DNA from: Callorhinchus milii
Lineage: Eukaryota
Length of the DNA stretch: 64,000 nucleotides
Direction of reading: 5' to 3'
NCBI RefSeq assembly: GCF_018977255.1
Contig: NW_024704742.1
Location: 94,304,001 to 94,368,000 of the forward strand
Part shown: positions 14,374 through 26,515 of the stretch, piece by piece
Layout: each line of letters opens with the position of its first letter
Numbering within the stretch: position 1 is the first letter of the stretch
Notes under the pieces: model-generated
What the model was told of the DNA's origin: nothing
What the model saw: the letters and a program-made list of their open reading frames with translations, nothing else
The model's database searches: none
Position numbers and translations under genes: made by a program

Positions 14374-14529
14374 TCCTGCTAGAATCTTAAGGAAGATAAT
14401 ATGATTGTTAGCTTAGATGTGAGCCCCAATTGGTTGCAAAACTCCACCCTTTGCCTCTACCTTCGCCTACAAAATATACAGTTACTGCACTTTACAATAA
14501 ATCCTGGGAAGTGCTTTGAGAGGAAGTGT

Positions 14530-15295
14530 TCCCAGTGTGAAGTACGGTCGAAGGGGAAGGTTTTCAGGCGGGACTTGAAAAAGGGGAGCGAGAGGGCAAG
14601 GCGGAGAGATTGAGGGAGAGTGTTCCTAAGTTTTGGGGTGTAGTGGCTGAAAGCGCGACCTTCGACGGTGGGGCGGAGGGTGCGATGGATGAGTAGGAGG
14701 CCGGTGCCAGTTAAACGGACGCACCGGGTGGTGGATTGGGGAAAGAGGAGGTTGGAGAGGTAGGGAGGTGCCAGAGAGTGAATGGATTTGAACATGAGTG
14801 TGAGAATCTTGAAGTCGATCCGTTTCATGATGGGGAGCCAGTGGAGCCTGGCCAGAACTGGTGAGATGGGGGTACGGTGTTTGGTCCAGGTCAGTATGTA
14901 GGTGACAGAGTTCTGAATGAGCTGGATCTTTTGAACAGTGGCGCTGGGGAGACCGACGAGGAGTGTGTTGGAGTAATCCAGGCGAGAGGTGACAAACGCA
15001 TGCACGAGGGTTTAGGTTGCGTTTGGAGTAAGGTACAGTTGGAGGCGGGCAATGTGGTAGGTGGAGGAAGGCAGTCCAGGTCAGGGACCCGATGTGGGGG
15101 AAGAAGGATAACTGGGGGTTGAACCAGATGCCTAGATTGCGCACTGATTCGGTGAGTGTGAGGAAGAGCCAAGGGAGGTTGGAAGAGTTTAGATATGCAG
15201 GAATGAAGGTGTTGACTGGAGCCAAGGAGTATGGTTTCTGTCTTGTCCATATTCAGCTGCAGGAAGTTTACACTCATCCAGGAATGTATGCAAGT
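14530..15295 (-). mobile_element. L2 ORF2 C-terminal fragment
   Basis: ORF 14457..15005: [22 protein letters not shown]. Confidence 0.88.
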
Positions 15296-16849
15296 GACAG
15301 GGAGAAATAATTTCAGGGGCTTTACATTATTCACATTCATATAATAGCAGAAACCAAGAGTACTTTTTAAAATTTATACATTTATATATACTGCAATATA
15401 TTTTTTCATAAATATTAAATCACCTTCCTCCTCACAGGAATTTTTGGGAGAAATGCCACCAGGGATTTACTCCATTTGTGTACATTTCAGATACTGTTCA
15501 AATGTTGGCAAATAACGAAACACAGCCTTAATTTTGAAGCTGACTTTCTGTTAGTTCTTGTAAGAATTCCACAGAGAAGCCAGCTTCAAAGTTCATGTTA
15601 AATTCAGCAATTTGACAAATTATGGACACTTATAAATGTTATATGGAGTAAATCTAGACACAGGGGAAATTTATCACAAGAGCAAGTACACCCACAAGCA
15701 ATGGAATATGCATCATAAGAGCTTTTCTAGAAATTGTGTTCTTCCGATAAGTCATCTGTGTATTAGTCAATGTTTTGTTTCACGTTACTTTTAAGAAGGT
15801 ATTGCGTATATACATATGTCTGACAAGCTACTTAATTGAATAACAACTGAATACATAAATGCCACCGCAGCATAAGACACATGCCGTCTAAGTACTGAAA
15901 CTGCTAGGTTGTTCCATAATCTAGGGGGATGATTGGTTTACGGGTATAGCACTACTTCCTATGTCACAGTAAAATTGTTGACTAGGCTGGTTCCATACAA
16001 AGTGCAGACTAATTTCCTTTATAATTTAATGCCACAGTTGACATCTGTTCCCTACCAAAACAAAACAGACCATCGTGATAATATAACTAACAGCTTCATA
16101 AGAGCTTCATAGTACCTCTGACATTCCCCACCAAGCATTTGTTAAGCAAATATTGAACTGCTATTAAATAACGTATTACAGACATGTCAACAAGAAAATT
16201 TCCAAAAAGATAACAGCACACCTCAGCCAACCAGTAAAATTGCTCAGTCTTTCTGTATGCTGACAGCTAGCTTCTAGTCAAACTTTTCATATTATTGATG
16301 TTCTAACCATACTGTCACTTTTGCTTGCAGTAATGTTTAAACAAGTGACTGGCGAGTGTCTAATAGATCTCCAGATATTTCTACAACACGACTGAGACAT
16401 CTTATTGGCTACAATACATTACAAAGCCAGGCTCAATTCTCTTGTTGTGGGGAGAAAATATTTGGGTATTAAAAACCCACTCTAGGATCCTGTTTAAACA
16501 CACTTGGCACTTTGTGGGAGGTCAAACTGATTAGTGATTGGATAATAATAATCTTTGCATTTGATATAGCGCTTGTAACATCCAAATGACACAGAGTACA
16601 ACACAGGTAATTGTTGTCAAGGGAAGGGGCTGAGTATTTTGTAGGCAAGGCCGACAGCCAATTTGTATACAGCAATGTCCCACAAACAGGGATAAAGTGA
16701 ATGATCAATTTTACTTGGAAGTTTGCTGACCAGAACACTGGGAGAAACTTCCAAATAATTATTCCATGGTGCAACATTCTGTTCCTAACACTGTATATCC
16801 CAGTTGTTGACATCAGGAACCCACCCCCCACCAACACTGTCAACTTCAT

Positions 16850-17100
16850 TCATTCACCATTGGCGGGCAGGCCTTCTGCCACTCTGTCCCCAACCTCTGG
16901 AATTCCATCCCGCAGTCCCTCCACCTCGCCCCCTCCCTTACCTCCTCAAGACCCTCCTCTTTGACCGTGTTTTCTATCACCCTGCTTCCTCCCCCTGCCC
17001 TCCACCCTCCCCAATCCCGACCCCGAAATACTGACTGTCCAGCGCCTTGGGAAGTCCTCCTGATGTGAAATGTGCTTTACAAATGTAACTGTTGTTGTTT
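16850..17100 (+). mobile_element. L2 3' end fragment
   Basis: LWNS-coding remnant, terminal stem-loop and tail. Confidence 0.75.
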
Positions 17101-18019
17101 CCACCATAAAAGTGTTTAGGAATTACACTTTAGTGTACTTTAAATCAGTCTAAATACGAGCTACTCTCTGGGAAGATGCTCTCTAGGTGATCCCCAGTCA
17201 GGTGATCCGAGATGGGTGGTTTCTATCGAGATGCTGCTGTCACGTTGCTATTGAGGATTGATGAGACATGCTGAGAAAGGAAATCACTTGTGTTCTATGA
17301 CCACGTGGCCCTGATATATAGCTAAATAACAAGACCCTAAAGCTTCTACAGTTTAATTCTTCACAACAGGTTGCAACAAGCTTAGATTGAGTAAAATACA
17401 AGTTAATTTTTACAGAAATAATAATGAGCAACCTAGAGTGAATCATTTCAGAAAACAATTTCCTGAAGCTGCTTACAGTCTTCTTCAAGATTAACTACAT
17501 TCCCTTTGAGGAACTTGAGGGGTTTATGGAGAACAAATCCGAAGCAGCAATGGAAGTGTAAAAGTAACTTCATGGCTGTTTGTGGGACATTGCTGTGCAC
17601 AAATTAGCTGCCACATTCGCTAACAAAATACACAATCATTAAACTTCAGAGTAAAACCTGTAATATGCTTTGATACATCTTCCTGATGTGAAAATACAAT
17701 GAATGTTTTTATTATCCAATGTTATAATTATAGAAGTGAACTGCTATTCACACTAGTAAAGAAACAACTTGCTTATCATTGTCAAAATATCTCATAGCAC
17801 CTTAAAGTAATTACTGTCACATGTAGTGTAGGCAAACAAGGCTGATAAGCAGTTTAAAGATTTATGTGCTAACACAGATGTTCCACGACATTATAAACAG
17901 GTCACATTTCGGTTGTGTGCTAACAGCATTTGTTATTTTCCAAGCCAATAAGCACAATAATGTGGTTACCATTCTGCTGTAGCTACAGTGTTTTTAACAG
18001 ATAAACTTTGATACAGAAT

Positions 18020-18252
18020 GCCACCCTCTGGAACTCCATCCCACAATCCCTTTGCCTTGCTCCCTCCCTTACCTCCTTCAAGGCACGATTCAAGACCCTC
18101 CTTTTCGACTGTGCCTTCAGTGCCTTCCTACCTCTCTGCCCTCCCTCACCCCAATCCTGCCCCCCATGCTCGGGTCCTGATCCCCGACTGTTCAATTCCT
18201 TGGGATGTGCTCCTGACATGAAAGGCGCTTTACAAATGTAATTTTGTTGTTG
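18020..18252 (+). mobile_element. L2 3' end fragment
   Basis: LWNSIPQSL..FKARFKTLLF and a (TTG)n tail. Confidence 0.82.
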
Positions 18253-18689
18253 TATAAGTATGTTATTGTATAAGTTGTTGTACAAGTCTAAGCATAATGC
18301 AACTTCAGTCCATAATTTTGCATTTATACAAATGCAATTTGTTGTTGATTTGTTTTATGGTGAAACAATTAGATGGACATTACATTGTACTTGCAGTAGG
18401 TACCAGGGATGGTGCAGCACGTGCAAAAGAGAGGAAAGCCTATCAAGGTTCCTTCTTCTCATCACTATCTGGTAAACCCTGTTAAAAAGTGTAGGTATGT
18501 TTGTGATGTCAGGTCAGGATAGGATCAAGTTTGGATGTCATATCCTTCAACTGGCTACGTTAACATATAATTAGTTAATAAGCAATTTGGACAAGGTACA
18601 GGGGAAATAACTGACATCTGTGAATCTGTTCTAAGCGCTCCGAGATGCTACTTTGTGTGAAGGACACTATATAAATTCAAGTTGTTGAA

Positions 18690-18868
18690 TTTTTGTAAGT
18701 TAGTGACTCCAAGAAATTACAGCTGAATGTCACATTTTTCATTCCTTAATAATTTCTCTCCCATCTCCAATCAGGTGTCATTGCCTTCAGGAGACAGGAG
18801 GGAAATTATTAAGGAATAAAAAATGTGACATTCAGCAGTAATTTCCTGGAGTCACTAACTTACAAAAA
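18690..18868. repeat. Long inverted repeat with 79-bp arms and a 21-nt spacer
   Basis: 18690-18768 versus the reverse complement of 18790-18868: 6 mismatches and no gaps by manual alignment. Confidence 0.95.
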
Positions 18869-19118
18869 ACTTGACACCTGAATAACTACAGCATTCATGT
18901 GGTTTGGGTCACTTACCGAACAGTATTAATAACCAGCAGCCTGCCACATATCCCGTACTTTACCAGACAGACATGTGTATTTGGAGTTGATTGTGACTTT
19001 CTAAGGTTGAAAGTGTAGGTGGGTCATATTCTGGGAAATTATTTATAAGTAATGAGCAACACAAAGTGTTCTAGGGAATCCTCAGGTTAAAACCAGGATT
19101 TGTGCCACACGTTAGCTG

Positions 19119-19435
19119 ATAATAATAATAATCCTTGCATTTGATATAGCATTTTTCACGTCGGGAGGACGTCCCAAAGTGCTTCACAGAACACACTGTA
19201 AAATGAATTGACTGTATATTTGTGGGCGAACTCGGCAGCCAATTGCGCACAGCAATGTCCCACAAACAGTCATAGATTGAAAATGACCAATTTTTATTAT
19301 TGTTTTTGGTTTTAGAGGGATTATTATTAGTCGTGTGGAGTAAGGAAACTTGCCCAAGGTTTCACCCTGCCTGGAATTGAACTCAGGTCTCTCACTTGCA
19401 AAACGAGTGCTCTAACCACTGAGCTACAGGACTCC
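19119..19435 (-). mobile_element. Full-length tRNA-derived SINE (tRNA-like head, Deu-type body, L2-like tail, (ATT)n)
   Basis: Minus strand starts ggagtcctgTAGCTCAGTGG (A box), has ttgcaa in the anticodon position and GTTCAATTCC (B box), and ends aaatgcaaggattattatt. Confidence 0.88.
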
Positions 19436-19975
19436 AGCTACAGGACTGATCTTTGCTGTAGAAGGGAAAATGCAAATGTGCTGCTCTTCGGCAATGGGAA
19501 ATGTACATGACTGAAGCCCAAATGAGGACAGAAGCAGGCTTAGCTGTGAAAGACCTACAGCTGAATAACCTGCTGGGATGTTCAGCCTGGACTAACATAG
19601 GCTGCTGATCACCTGGTTAAGACACTGGAGAGTTGCTGGGAACAATGAGCTATGCCTTTATTATATAATCCCACAAAATAATTTGGACATGACTGTTTAT
19701 GAGCGATTGGCTGCTGCATTTCACCCACCCACAAAAGATACAATCAATTCACTTTACAGTATATTCTGTGAAACGCTTTGAGACGTCTCAACGACTTGAT
19801 AAGGCGCTATATTAAACGCAAGTATGATTATTGCCCTCTAGAGGTCACTGCCTTCGAGAGACGAGGGAGAGATTGGAACGGAAAGGAGTATTTAGAGGAC
19901 AGGCATTCACTAATATGGAATTAGCAGCTTATGTCAAACCCAGTGTTTCCATATTATACCTATTTCTGTATTCAG

Positions 19976-20095
19976 GATGGCTCCGCTCCATATGGTTCAA
20001 GATACGTTGGCTCTATGGTGGCAGATATTCATCGTACATTGATGTATGGAGGAATCTTCATGTATCCTGCCAACAAGAAAAATCCAAAGGGAAAG
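19976..20095 (+). CDS. FBP2: FBP2 exon [40 protein letters not shown]
   Basis: attcag| acceptor and AAG|gtatgt donor; [14 protein letters not shown] substrate-binding motif; 120 nt. Confidence 0.96.
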
Positions 20096-20700
20096 GTATG
20101 TTTTCCTCACCTATTAACTGGCAGACACTCATGAGACTGTGTGGTTTACTCAGAGTTGAACGCTAGCAGTTATTACAAACTAAACAAACAGAAATGGCAC
20201 ATTCACTGGGACTCTCTGACTTGCAAATCTAGCACATCAAACAACATCTGATATTTGTGAACTGGAAATTGGAACAAATGCAACAAATCCAGCTTGTGAT
20301 TACTGTATCATCTATTAGTCTCCCATTGTCGCCTGGTTAGTGCAGCTTCTGTCAGTTGGCTGACAGGAATCATTGAAAAAAAAGCCTGAAATCCCCAATG
20401 TTCTTCCATGGACCACAATGACAGTCAAGTGAGGTTAAACAGATAACAACTACTTCTGGTGTAATAAAAAGTGTAAAGCTTGTTGTTACTTTGCAAAAAA
20501 CTACAGTTGCTACCACTGTCAGATAGTTATCAGAAATGATGTACGTGAGTGGCAAATGGACCAGGAAGGTCTTAGAAACAATCTCGCTGCTAGTTCTCAA
20601 GTGATATGAATCAGTCTGCAGGTCGATCGAACAAAACCCAGATATTGCCTTAAATTTGTGTTGTGTGTATATATATATATATATTTTCTTTTAAACATAG

Positions 20701-20895
20701 CTTCGTCTTCTGTACGAGTGCAACCCAATGGCCTTCATCATTGAGCAGGCTGGCGGACTGTCTACCACAGGAACCCAGTCTATCCTCGATGTACAGCCAG
20801 AATCAATCCACCAGCGAGTTCCCCTCATCATGGGATCCCACGATGATGTTCAGGAATTCATTGCCATTGTAAAGAAACACCAAACTGGGGCCTGA
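20701..20895 (+). CDS. FBP2: FBP2 last coding exon [19 protein letters not shown]...VKKHQTGA*
   Basis: aaacatag| acceptor; LRLLYECNP FBPase signature; TGA at 20893-20895. Confidence 0.96.
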   Translation, partial: LRLLYECNPMAFIIEQAGGLSTTGTQSILDVQPESIHQRVPLIMGSHDDVQEFIAIVKKHQTGA

Positions 20896-20966
20896 ATTCT
20901 CACAGGGCCGACCCCACTATGTTAGCCTTGTAAAATTTGGGTTTCAGAAAGCAATGTTCAGAAAGC

Positions 20967-20972
20967 AATAAA
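20967..20972 (+). promoter_or_regulatory. Candidate FBP2 polyadenylation signal (second AATAAA at 21328-21333)
   Basis: AATAAA about 70 nt after the stop codon. Confidence 0.5.
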
Positions 20973-22059
20973 GGATTGAAACAAAAATGAATATACAGTG
21001 CCTGTTGCTCAAAAAATAGTATAAAGAGCACAAAAATCAGCTCAACAGCAGCAATATGTACCATAATATTCTTTGTAGTTATGATTTGATTGTACTTTGG
21101 TTTGTTTACATTGGTTCAACAGAATAGAAAATCAGTTCAGCAGGGTTCAAAGTGATGTTTGAATACTGCCTGGACCACATAAGCCTTAAGAGATGCATCA
21201 ATTGCTTATTTCTCCAAGTTTATTTCTACATGTGTATTTATAATGATATTCCAGTAAAACTAAACATTAATGCAGCTTCTAGTTGGTAAAGACTGGGTAT
21301 TAAGGCTGCAGATACAGAATGTCAAACAATAAAACTCTTTAACCAAGGAATCCAAGGCATACACTCAACAGAATGAATGGTGAACAATTAACAATGAACT
21401 TCTTTGACACTCACTACTGCTAAGGGTGCACCTTGCTTTTTGCAAAAGTCTAGAGATCACCCACCCATAACAACAACAAGCATGCCATGCAGGATTTTGT
21501 AATAATGGTAACAGTTGTTCAGTCAAGTGTAAAGAAATGTTCTAAATCTTACAGAATACAACTTCAAGCAGTAATAAAATGAAGCTTAATTGTGCATTCA
21601 ACTCCCTTGGTGCAGTAGTCTACACAACTGCTAGTTTATTTGACAGAACCCACAGCACAATAAAGTGCTGTTTCAACATTGTGTGGCAGGGTTTCAAAAA
21701 AAAAGTAGCTTCCCCTCCCTCACACAATATATTCATGAAGAGCACAACATACAAAAACATTGAAAAGTTTCAAATTCAATACATTGTAAAAGCTTGTTAT
21801 AGTTTTACCCTCAATTTTCTCACTTCCTCAGTCATTTGGGGGGACAAAGTGATGTTATTAGGTATTAGGATTTGGTCAGCCAGATGTGACATGTGAAAAC
21901 CTGAAGGAGCATCACAGTGCTGCCACACTTACCACCCTCACTCTTCCTCACCTCTCTGTACATGTTGGTGGGGAACTCAAAGGGACTTCAGATGAATTCT
22001 GTATATCCATGCCAGTAATACAAACATGGTAATAATTCTTCCAAATTTTTAAAAAATAG

Positions 22060-22220
22060 TCACTCAGTCCACGACTGTTTGTGGGACACTACTGTGCACA
22101 ATTGGCTGCTGTGTTTGCCCACAAAATATAGTCAATTCACTTTACAGTATATTCATTGAAGCGCTTTGAGACATCTTGAAGATGTGATCAGATACTACAT
22201 CAAATGCAAGGATTATTATT
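22060..22220 (+). mobile_element. SINE 3' portion between FBP2 and CTSL
   Basis: Shared body and aaatgcaaggattattatt tail. Confidence 0.82.
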
Positions 22221-23091
22221 CACTACACACCCACAGAAATGAACTTAACACGCATCAATGGGAAAATCATGAGCTTTTGCTTATTTATTTAACTCACTAA
22301 GTCAAGGTATCCTTTGGAACTTTTTCACAAAAATCTGCCAATTCACCATCTCAATTCTGCTGCCCCTTTTCAATATTTATAGCTCCACATCATCCCAGAT
22401 ACTTATTCCAGTGAAAGACATGAAGTGCATGTTGTTGACCAGAGAAAAGGGAGGCAACAATAATGCATATGTTTATTTAGTTTACAATGCTCCAATTTAA
22501 TTAACTGAAAGCTAGTAAAATACACAAAAAATACATACTGACTATCCTCCAGAATGGGGTAAATTAGGTAAAAAGGGTGCATTTTCTCCTCAGAGAGAAT
22601 GCACATTCTATTCCATACAGGAAAATTTCTATGTGTAGCCGGCATGCAAATGTAAAATTCTGTCTGGTTTATTTAGCAAGGTGATGAGCACAGGTTTCTG
22701 TAGGTCAGACATTTGACTGACTAAGATAAAACCGCACATTTCCCTTTCGAGTTGCCTGAGTATTCCAAGGTGAATTGTAGCATCTTCATTGATTTCCCTG
22801 GTGAAAGACCACTTATTCAACCTAGACACTCAACACAGAAAAAATTACTTGGGAGATAAATTAGTGTGTTGGTGCAATGGGCTTCACAGGAATGCAGGAA
22901 GTGCCAGCAACCTAAGAAAGGTTGCAATTTCCCACATTCAGCAGTAGATACCAATTATAGCATCCCATAACTATGGTGGTCACCTAACTGCTACACCAGA
23001 AAGCAAACCAGGTTTGTATATTTAACGCCACCTTTTCTGGTGTCAGCCAACACATTACTCACAATGGAGACCCATGTTTAAGAGGCAAAAC

Positions 23092-23097
23092 TTTATT
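23092..23097 (-). promoter_or_regulatory. Candidate CTSL polyadenylation signal
   Basis: tttatt on + is AATAAA on -, about 460 nt after the CTSL stop. Confidence 0.6.
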
Positions 23098-23559
23098 GAA
23101 CAAACTCATTACAAAACAGAAGCCGATAAAATAACACTGTTGTGCATTGCACAGCAATTAAACAGTTAATTTGGTCAAGCAGGGCTTATTGAGCAAGTGG
23201 AAAACATATTTCCTAACATTGAAGATAATTCAGTTCAAAACATTTAAAACACAAAATGTGTTTCTATGATCTATTGACATGGTTACAGTACCTTAGCAAA
23301 ATGCTAATGACTTTTTATATTAATATTTGGGATCACAAAAGATTTACAAATGAACCTTTCCACCTCACAGTATTCAGGTTTAACAATGACTAGCCAGTGT
23401 TGCTTGACATGCATTTTGCACCAAACAGAATAGGTTCTCGATAAACAGTTGAGCCCATTTAAGAAGACCTCCACTCCCGACAGTCACTTTTAATGAAAAC
23501 CATCGACCACTTTGCCTTGGCCCACCTCTAAGTTCTCAGTGGTTAAGGCAGTTCACCAT

Positions 23560-23659
23560 TTATTCTAGAGGGTAGCTTGCTGCAGTGGCAATTCCACAGT
23601 GATTGTCTTTGTCTTTGGCCATCAAGATGTATCCGTTCTGACCCCACTTTTCACTCCAG
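23560..23659 (-). CDS. CTSL: CTSL last exon (S)[32 protein letters not shown]
   Basis: ttttacag| acceptor; NHCGIA and YP motifs; TAA at 23562-23560. Confidence 0.96.
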
Positions 23660-23748
23660 CTGTAAAACAAAAAGTAAAAAACATGAAAACTGGTCAAATA
23701 CTGGTAACTTAAATTGAGAGGCTTAGAATATGTCAAAGCTGAAAGTAC

Positions 23749-23866
23749 CTGTTCTTAACAATCCAGTATTTCTTTCCATCTGTGTCTCGCTTTTCAACAC
23801 CATAACCAACAACGAGAACACCATGGTCCAGGTCCGTGGAGCTGCATTCTGCTTCAAAATAAATAC
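23749..23866 (-). CDS. CTSL: CTSL exon (G)[38 protein letters not shown](S)
   Basis: Catalytic His (DHGV) and Asn (KNS); ttccag| acceptor and AG|gtact donor; 118 nt. Confidence 0.96.
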
Positions 23867-24768
23867 CTGGAAGGCAAGATGGCATCAAGTTGCTACAGCA
23901 GACCAGATTTCATATTGCTTTGCAAATGAGACCAAAGGAAACCGGAATACGCCTTTCACTTGTGTGCACGCATTTGACCACATAGAGCCCAAGATAGACA
24001 GGAACCACAAGTTCCCTTTTCGTAAAGATAGTTCACCACACTTCCCAGCAAAAGGGTGCAAAATCCTTTTCCACAGAAAGGCTAAACAGAACATCAATAG
24101 CGAGGACAGTGAAATTCACAAGGAATATTTGACCTCAGAGAATTGAAGTAACTGGCAGATTCCTGGTTTAATTCACAATAAAAAATGCTTTGAATATTGC
24201 CCTGCATTAAGCAGTAAAAGTACAAGTCAACAAATTGACACAAGATGGTTGAAATATTTAATTCTATCGCTCATAACTTGGGCAGACTGGACACCCTTCT
24301 TATAATTCCAAACTCCCTCCCCCTCAATGAGAAATAAAGCAAGGAACGGATATTTTACAAGATGTTGGGAAAGTGACTATTATAAAGTAATCATGTTTTG
24401 GTACCCCATTTTAGAGAATACATTAGAGCCCTCAGCCTGTGGTGAGCAGAACCACAGATTTCTTCATTCAATACATTCTTCACTTCAGATACACAATCTT
24501 GCTCATCTTTTAAGACTTAGTGCTGCTAGGGACTTAAGAACTGGCAATCTGCAAGCAAATTTGGTTCCCCGCTAACAAGTGATGAAAATGTACTGGACCA
24601 GGTCACATGGTCGGTTTGGTTATCCTCTTGGGAGTGAAAAGAAATCCTGGAATCTTACTGCTTTGTGAAAAAATATTTGCCTATTGCTTCCGCAGCATGA
24701 CACAGGAAAACAAATGCGTGGCAACAGTCTATAATGATTCAAGGCAATGAATATTCAATGTATCTTAC

Positions 24769-24937
24769 CTGATTGGTAGAATTGAAATGAGGTATGGCCA
24801 GCATCAATTGCAACAGAAACTGGTCCAACAGCAGCAATAGCTTTCATCAGGGCTCTTTCCTTCCCACTGGGAATATCCACAAACCCAGTGTCATTCGCAG
24901 CATTGTATTGGGGATTATAATGACAGGGGGTATCATC
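24769..24937 (-). CDS. CTSL: CTSL exon [56 protein letters not shown](G)
   Basis: GPVSVAIDA and FQFY motifs; ttccag| acceptor and G|gtaaga donor; 169 nt. Confidence 0.96.
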
Positions 24938-25627
24938 CTGGAAAAAAGTATCCAAAAGTGTAAGGAACACAATCTAAGTGCCAAAAACATTCAAGCCCAC
25001 CTCAAATTTGAACCAATTCCAAGAGTACGACCACCAACTATTTCTAGATTACATGGCCTATAGAATGTGACTCATCTTTCCTCATACAACACTAACTTGA
25101 GTCACAGGAACTACAAAATAAATAAACTGAATCCCTCCCTAAATGACTAGATGTTTTTAAGTTAACATCAGACAGACATTTATACACCAAGCAACAAAAT
25201 CTCCCTATCCCTGGGCAACTCAATTAACCCCTACTGAATCCCTGCTGGAAAGGCAATTGGACATCAGGTTTAGTTCAGACGCAACTCCTCCAGTCAACCA
25301 ACCAGCTCACCACTATTCCATATCCAACTAAAGGAGACAAATGACTGCTTACCTCATGGTATCGAAGCCACACCCAAAACATCTCCACAAGGAGGGATGG
25401 GATACAAATGTCACACATGCTAAACTACAACTGTTGTGGCAACCATTTACTTTAATAAAGCAACAAGCATGCAACAGACATCTTGGTTACATTAGACCTG
25501 ATGTAGTAGTCTGCACAATGGATTGCATAAGCCAGTCTCTCCCCATCTGAAAAAAAGGCACCACCAACCAGGGAGGTTTACTTACCGATAGTCATCAAGC
25601 CAATAATTTACTCTTAACAATACTTAG

Positions 25628-25845
25628 TTCTCTTTGACCGAGCCTTCAGCTCCCCTCTCGACTCTCTTCCCCCTTCTCGCTCCCTCCCATCCCTCCCCTC
25701 ACCCTGACCATTTCCCCCCTCCTCGCTCCCTCCCCTCACCCTGACCATTTCCCCCCTGCTCGGGTCATGACCCAACTGTGCAGCGCCTTGGGACGTCCTC
25801 CTGACGTGAAAGGCGCTTTATAAATGGAATCTTGTTGTTGTTGTT
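25628..25845 (+). mobile_element. L2 3' end (young subfamily, two 3' UTR repeat units) in a CTSL intron
   Basis: Near-identical to 5464-5830 apart from repeat number. Confidence 0.88.
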
Positions 25846-26003
25846 TAGGAAAGTTATTTGACAAAATAATGCTTAATCATTAAACGTGCAAGTTCACAAG
25901 CAAACTGCATAAAAAATATGACTATTAAGCATTTCGGGCTTTATTATTAAAATTATTATTGTTAGTGAACATTGCTCGAATGTTCATTCTGGCATTGTTC
26001 TTA

Positions 26004-26312
<309 letters not shown>

Positions 26313-26359
26313 TTACCGCAAATTAGTTCCAATTTACTCTTCGTAAAACAAAAGCATAC

Positions 26360-26515
26360 CTGGTCTTTAACTGGAGTGACATATCCCTCATCACGCCAAT
26401 CTACATGTTTGGGCACTTCTAGAAAGTTAGGCTCCAGGAAATGAGAGCCTTGAAGTTTCTTGTGTGTTTGTTTGTACTTGTACCCGTTCATCAATTGACG
26501 GAATTCTTCATTTGG
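26360..26515 (-). CDS. CTSL: CTSL exon PNEEFRQLMNGY...VPKHVDWRDEGYVTPVKDQ
   Basis: EEF and VDWR motifs spanning the pro/mature junction; 156 nt; tgcag| acceptor and CAG|gtatg donor. Confidence 0.96.

Larger units (their letters stand above)
1090..20895 (+). other. FBP2: FBP2 gene span (partial; 5' coding exons lie left of the window). Coding join 1090-1182,6948-7088,8354-8491,19976-20095,20701-20895
   Basis: Five phase-0 exons of 93/141/138/120/195 nt with AG/GT boundaries splice in frame into FBPase class 1. [12 protein letters not shown] and [13 protein letters not shown] match the muscle isozyme FBP2 rather than FBP1 (from recalled sequences). Confidence 0.93.

Noticed and set aside
19360..19435. 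tRNA gene (A and B boxes, TGC in the anticodon position)
   Set aside because: It continues directly into a SINE body and tail and recurs at other SINE copies, so it is a SINE head and not a stand-alone tRNA
1090..20895. Calling the FBPase gene FBP1
   Set aside because: Diagnostic residues ([31 protein letters not shown]) and its position next to CTSL fit FBP2 better. A gene tree would confirm this.
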